A stretch of DNA of 64,000 nt, taken from assembly GCA_038087875.1 (NCBI GenBank), contig CM075980.1:9238001-9302000 (forward strand). The letters are read 5' to 3'. The notes under the pieces are model-generated. The model saw nothing but the letters and a program-made list of their open reading frames with translations. It had not been told where the DNA came from and ran no database searches. Below are positions 58,094 to 64,000 of the stretch, piece by piece (the first letter of the stretch is position 1; each line of letters starts with the position of its first letter). Origin of the DNA: Malacoraja senta. Lineage: Eukaryota. The translations under genes and the position numbers were made by a program.

Positions 58094-61000
58094 TTCAAAG
58101 GATGAAATTCCAGATTTGCTACATTTCTTTGTAAATTAATCCAATATTCAGATATCGAATGTACGCTTTAACAGGGTATTTGTTCAAACGCAGCACGTGT
58201 GCATTTTGGTGCCTTGAATGCGCTGTCCGTATTTTACGATGAACTGAAAAACAATAATGTAACATTTAATGCAATAAACCCGATTATTCTATTTACGATG
58301 CATCGTTGTCATTTTCTGTGCAAATGTCCTTGCCTTCAATAAAATAAAAACAATAATGTCCGATGATGCCAGTGTATATAAACTGGCATTTAGTGAAACG
58401 TCGTTATATTTCAAATATGCTGCGTTTTCATGATTGATGATGATCCATGTGTTAGGACAGCTGAAGGGACTGCTTGCAAGTACCCCCCGATTGAAGAAAT
58501 TAGGTGCAAATCCGTGTCTCCTATTGGATATCCCAGAAATACGGATGGGCAGTCTTGGCATTACGCTAATATGCTTAAATGACCCAAATGTCTCTAATCG
58601 ATCCGCACAAAATATCACAATATATCAGTTTATTCCATGAAAACGCGATGAAAAGTGTGGTTTGACGAATTCGTAAACCGCGGCATTACCGTGGTCTTAA
58701 GTCAGCTCAACATTAATCACCAGAAGTGGTCATATATTTAAACAGTATAACGAGAGGAATAAAGTTCAGGCTCGGCGAGGTGAGCGCTAGACTCATCTTG
58801 AAGGGGGGCTTCGCGCCAACAATTAACCGAAGTAAAAGTAGTTACTTCGCGATTCCCAGAAATGGGATAAACAGCTTTCGGGATATGGCAACTGCTTGGA
58901 TGTTCTTCTCTGGGAATTAAAAAAATGTTTAACAGGAGGAATAAATTGGGAGAATGTATGTACTGTGGCTGGGGAAAATCTGCTTCCGATGTGGGTAAGT
59001 CCTATCTGGAGAGACCCTCCAGTATTATGTCAATTTCCAGTAGGAAAATAACAGGTTGGGGACGTGTGCTGTCTATTTTCACACCATCCCTTCCTCCACG
59101 GTTATCATTCACTCCCTTTCCCCCTTATTTTATGGCTGATTTCACATCTTGTTTCCTTTTCACCCCCAGCCTTTGCCAATTAACCCCCACCGCCATCTGC
59201 TAATCAATCCCCTCTCACATGTATCCACCTATCACTTGGCAGGCTGTATCACACCTCATATCTATTTTCAGCTTTCTCCCCTCTGTTCCAATTAGTCTGC
59301 AGAAGGTTCTCAACCTGAAATGATGCCTCGCCATTCTAATCAGATGTTGCCTGACCCGGCGAGTCATGTAGAGTCCAATGGCGAAGTCTTGTTTTGCTGG
59401 ATTTGTCCGGTATTATGATTACCTCTCTGATCGAATTTACCTCTTCAATCCACTTCTTGTCAGAAAAAACATAATCTCGGAGGCCCCATTAATTAAATAG
59501 AGAGCCGAGATTAGAAAGTGAGAGTAGAAAGAAAAGTAACGTTTTATCCTTAAATATATACTATTTTCATTTTCTTGAATCAGCTTTTTCAACGATATAA
59601 TTAATTTACAAAATGTGATTTTTTTAAAGAGACAAATCTCGTATTTCATAGTTTTACAGCCCCTTGTAAAATTGAATTAGGTGGGGAAAGCCTGAAAGTT
59701 AGTGACAGAAGGAGAAGCTCCGTACTCAGCATTCCCCTCTCTTGTTCCAGGGCCAGGGCTAGATTGCTTGTTCCATGGCCAGCGCATGAAGCCGACAACT
59801 CCTGGGGCCTTGTGGCTACCTTCTGCATCCGAAGCAGGTAAATGTGGACGGGCGGTGGACCACATCTTGAAAAATTCGCATGATATTCGATTACAATTCG
59901 ATACACAACATTCTCAGAATTCCACTTGTGAAGCTCTCTGTGTATATTTATCAGTTAATGCAATTGTCGTTACAAAGCCATAAATTACCGATATTTTCCA
60001 CGATGTCCACGGTACATTATGATTCGTTCTTCACTAAAGGCTGGAGCTACGAACGTTTTCAAACAAGGGAGCGGGGCACATTGGCCCAGCGGTGGAGCTG
60101 CTGCCTCATAGCGCCAGGGACCTGGGTTCAATCCCGACTACGGGTGCTGTCTGTATGAAATTTGTACATACTCCCCGAAACCGCGTGGGATTTCTCTGGG
60201 TGGTCCGGTTTCCTCCCACGTTCCAAATACGTCTAGATATTTTTAGATTTTTTACCTTCTGTAAATTGTCCCTATTGGATAGATATACTGTATGGGCTGA
60301 TTGCTGGTCGGTGTTGACTCGATTAGCCGAAGGGCCAGTTTCCACGCTGTACTGAAGTAAACTAAACACTTCCGTCCACGAACTTACTGGATTGGAATGC
60401 TCGTCCGTTTCTTCACTTCCTAGTTCAGTTGCAAAAATAAGACAAAGTGTCTTATTTGCCCCGACAACAGCGCCCCCGCCCACTCCCCATCAACCCTGAA
60501 CCTCCCAGTGATCTATTCTTGGTCCCTCCAATTCACATCACACTAATTCATAGGCGGGCGGTGGCGCAGCGGTAGAGTTGCTGCGTTACAGCGCTTTCAG
60601 CGCCAGAGACACGGGTTCGAACCCGGCTACAGGAGCTTCTCTGTACGGAATTTGTACGTTCTCACCGTGACCTGCGTGGGGTTTCTCCGAGAACTTCTGT
60701 TTCCCCGCACACTCCAAAGGATAGTGTTAATGTGCGGGGGTCGATCGTCGATGCGGACTCGGTGGGCCGACGGGCCTCATTCCGCTATATATCTAAACTA
60801 AACGAATGCCTTTGAAACAGGCTGTCGCTTTACAGTCCAACCTCATCATACCCTTCTCCCAACCCATTCAATGCCAGAGCTTGTACTAGACTTTGCTGAA
60901 CATAACAAAGTCTCTGACAGATCAGAGCAGTAATTCCACAAACATTTGCATGAAAACAGAAAACCCTTTTATTTACTCCCCATCTGAACCGTAATTCCAC

Positions 61001-64000
61001 GATTAAACACGGATATCGCCAAAACGACGCAGGTCGGTGGACTCATCGATCGTGTTCCACTCGCGGAGACATGAGTTCCCTGGGCCTCATCTTTCACCCC
61101 ACCAGCCTCTGCATCCAACACATAACTCTCAGACATTTTCGTCACCTCCCAACGTGATCCCACCACTAAGCACCTCTTCCAATCTCCAACCTTTCCCGCA
61201 TTTCACAGAGACCATTCCCTCCGCAACTCCTTGGTTCATTCATCGCTTTCCACTGAAGCATCTGTCCTTATTCCTCCACCCTCAGCTCCACCCAGCGACC
61301 TCGGCAGTGAGATTCACATGCACCTCCTCTAACCTTATCTCCTCGATCTGGTGTTCCGGATGTGGGCTACTGAACATCGGCTAGACCAAGCGTAGACTCG
61401 GCGACCGCTTAACTGAACTTGCGAAGGGCTACTAGATCTCCCGGTGGCTAGCGCCTTTAACACCCCCCCCTCCCATTACAGTGACGTTTCCGGCCTGGGC
61501 CTCCTCCATTGTCAGAGCGAGTGTACACGCACATTGGAGGAATAGCAACACATTTCGCTCGGGTAGTTGATTGGTCACCTATCCTCACAGAATGTGGTCC
61601 GATGGTCAGGAGGGTGCTGATTCCGTTCCAATAGTTTGGAGATGAGCTTGTTTATGATAATGGTATTGAAAGCAGGGCTCTGGTCTATGAATAGGAGTCT
61701 GATGTAGGTGCTCGTCTCATCCAGATGTTCTAGGGACAAGTGTAGGTGCCAGAGAGATGGCATCAGCAGTCGACCTGTTGTGGTAGTAGGTGAACTGCTG
61801 TAGATCAAGGCTGCTTGGTAGGCTGAATCTAGCTGCTCTAGAAGCAATTCGTAATGGTGGATGTCAAGACATCTGGACGATAGTCATTAGGGCATGAAAT
61901 CTCGATTTTCTTTGGCACGGAGGTGATAGTGGTCTTCTTGATGCATGTCCGTATCTCAGAATTAATTCCCGGTCTACAATTAGACCTGTCCCTTTCACCA
62001 GAATGAGCAAAATATATGATTCTTGATGATCTACATTGATATCCTACACCCAGTTCCAAGTCGAACATATCCATGCTTTGTCCCCATTTTCCTTTCCCCC
62101 GCGAGGCTTCGTTTGCGTTTGATGGGCGACGGGTATTTTGGAAATACAGGTCGGCGTTTAGTGTTTCATCAACGCAGTATTCCTCAACCTCCATACGAGC
62201 TTGGATATTTGGCCCAGCAAGCTCCTGCCATCACATCTTCGCGGCGCCACGTGGTTTATTTACACTCAGAAATGACAAGGAACAATAATCTTGCTGATAG
62301 TCCCTCCCCACGAACCCCTATTCGCCAACGACACATCTTCCCTACTCTGGAACCATTGGTGCTGGCCAGCGGCAGATCCGTCGATGGTTCTTTCCTGGGA
62401 TCCTGAAACTCATCCCGTTGTTCAATGGCTTTAATGTTCACATCAATGGTAGGCTCTTCTGCGTTCCGGCTGAATTTGGTGAGATTATGTTGGTTCTGGT
62501 ACAGTGGAATTGCAATGCAGTTTGTGGAAGTAGGTTGGTCAGACCAGGCATGAAGGACAATTTACATGTTAAAATTGTTCCACTTCCAACGGTGTCAGAT
62601 GGTGTAACCTGAATCCAATGAATTCCAAAGGTGTAACCTGAATCAAATAATCCACATTTTTAAATGACCTTTAAAATAAATAAATTTGAAATATATGTAT
62701 AAAACTGCAACAGTTTCAGAAGGAAATGTCACTTCCTAATAAAAAAAAAAGAGCGCGGGTCTAAAATTTGGTCAACAGAGATGGCTTTTGAGGTCAGCTA
62801 CAAGGAGGAGTACAAAGTAGTGAGATCAATATATGTTGGTGTGAACTTCCAGAGATTTGGGATTTGCCAGGTGAAGACTGATGCCAATAATACAAATAGT
62901 TAAAGCCAGGGATGCTTTCAGGTCCACAATTTGAGACCTGCTGCTCTTTCCAGTTGATATATTCTTTGTGTCTGATCAGCTATTTATTAAAAATGTTCCT
63001 CCTATTGAGGTAGTTAGTCTGGTGAAATTGATAATGGGGTTTTCAATGAAATTAGGCGAGAATCAAAATATAGAACTACATCTTTAAAAGGTGCCTCGAC
63101 TGCAACCCACTGTGATATATATTCAATTGCATTGCTGTACTTTAGTAAATTTCACCAGTTGTTATATCCACCATGTACTGCATTTACAACTGATAAGTCT
63201 GCGTAACAACCTGGGGGCTCTCGTGAAAATTCTCATTTTTTCTGCAATTTGGTTGTCTTCCGGAAGAAAACCCAGAGGGAAATATCTCTCATTCCCGGTT
63301 AGACTTAATTTCACAGAAGAAATGGTAGTACAAGTCTCGCATAATATTACGTAAATAAATGATTGGAAAGTTTATGAAATTGCATTTATTTGAATGCATA
63401 TCATTCGTAAATAACAATATAATTGGGAACAATTCCTATGCTTATATGATCACAAGTGGATGGATCTCAGTTCACAACCGTTGGTTCTTGATTCTCCTAC
63501 TCTGGTAAAAGAGTAGAGAACGAAGGTTTAAGGTGAGAGGGGAATGATTTAATAGGAACCTAAGGGGCAACATTTTCGCACAGAGGTTGGTGAGTATATG
63601 GAACGAGCTGCCACAAGAGGTAGTTCAAACAGGTACTATAACAACATTAAAAAAAACATTTGGCCAGGTACATTGATAGGAAAGGTTTAGAGGGATACGG
63701 GCCAAACGCGGGCAGGTGGGACTCGTTGGGCCGAAGGGCTGTTTCCCTACTGAATAACTCCAAGTGATAAATGCTGACAGCGGATCTGCAGAAATCATCC
63801 GGACCTGTACAAAAAGAAGCCCAGTTGGCAGAGGAATGCGGGGGCTGGTGAGCAGGAACACTTATCTCTGTATCGTAAAATAAAGTTGTCTGGCCGCTCA
63901 CAGTAACCCAAGATGTAGCTTCGAGTAAATTTTCACCCTGCATGATGTGGCGCTGCATTCGACGATCTTCTGTGGTACCTGCCGTTATCTTGCTCTTAGA

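Larger units (their letters stand above)
31825..64000 (+). repeat. Tandem segmental duplication, unit ~14-16 kb: copy A ~31825-45720, copy B ~45720-61560, copy C ~61560->window end
   Basis: Colinear blocks: 32290~46166~62023, 33235~49350, 37069~52818, 39718~54894, 42092~57771, 44252~60092, 45198~61037. Offsets between A and B are ~14-16 kb, varying with indels. Confidence 0.95.

Overview
Eukaryotic, repeat-rich genomic DNA, most likely from a cartilaginous fish and probably a skate or ray (inferred from the Ig light-chain type and the CR1/Penelope/tRNA-SINE repeat landscape). Left part: a complete intron-containing RPLP0 gene on the + strand (non-coding TOP exon ~2908-2934, 7 coding exons 5160-14738, 312 aa), with a decayed Tc1 transposon in intron 2. 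Middle: a hand-assembled 5-exon minus-strand gene (31068->26125, 270 aa) that the ORF track shows only in pieces. It encodes a signal peptide fused in one exon to a non-rearranging V-set domain with a J-like G strand, an uncharged TM helix, and a tail with a YxN motif and three ITIMs. This looks like a PD-1/CD28-family-like inhibitory receptor that I cannot assign to a known orthologue. Right part: a tandem array with a ~15-16 kb unit starting at ~31.8 kb. It holds two intact germline-joined (L-VJ-C) lambda/type II Ig light-chain genes and the start of a third unit. The two VJ exons differ mainly in CDR1/CDR3, often by contiguous multi-base substitutions. All alignments and counts were made by eye.
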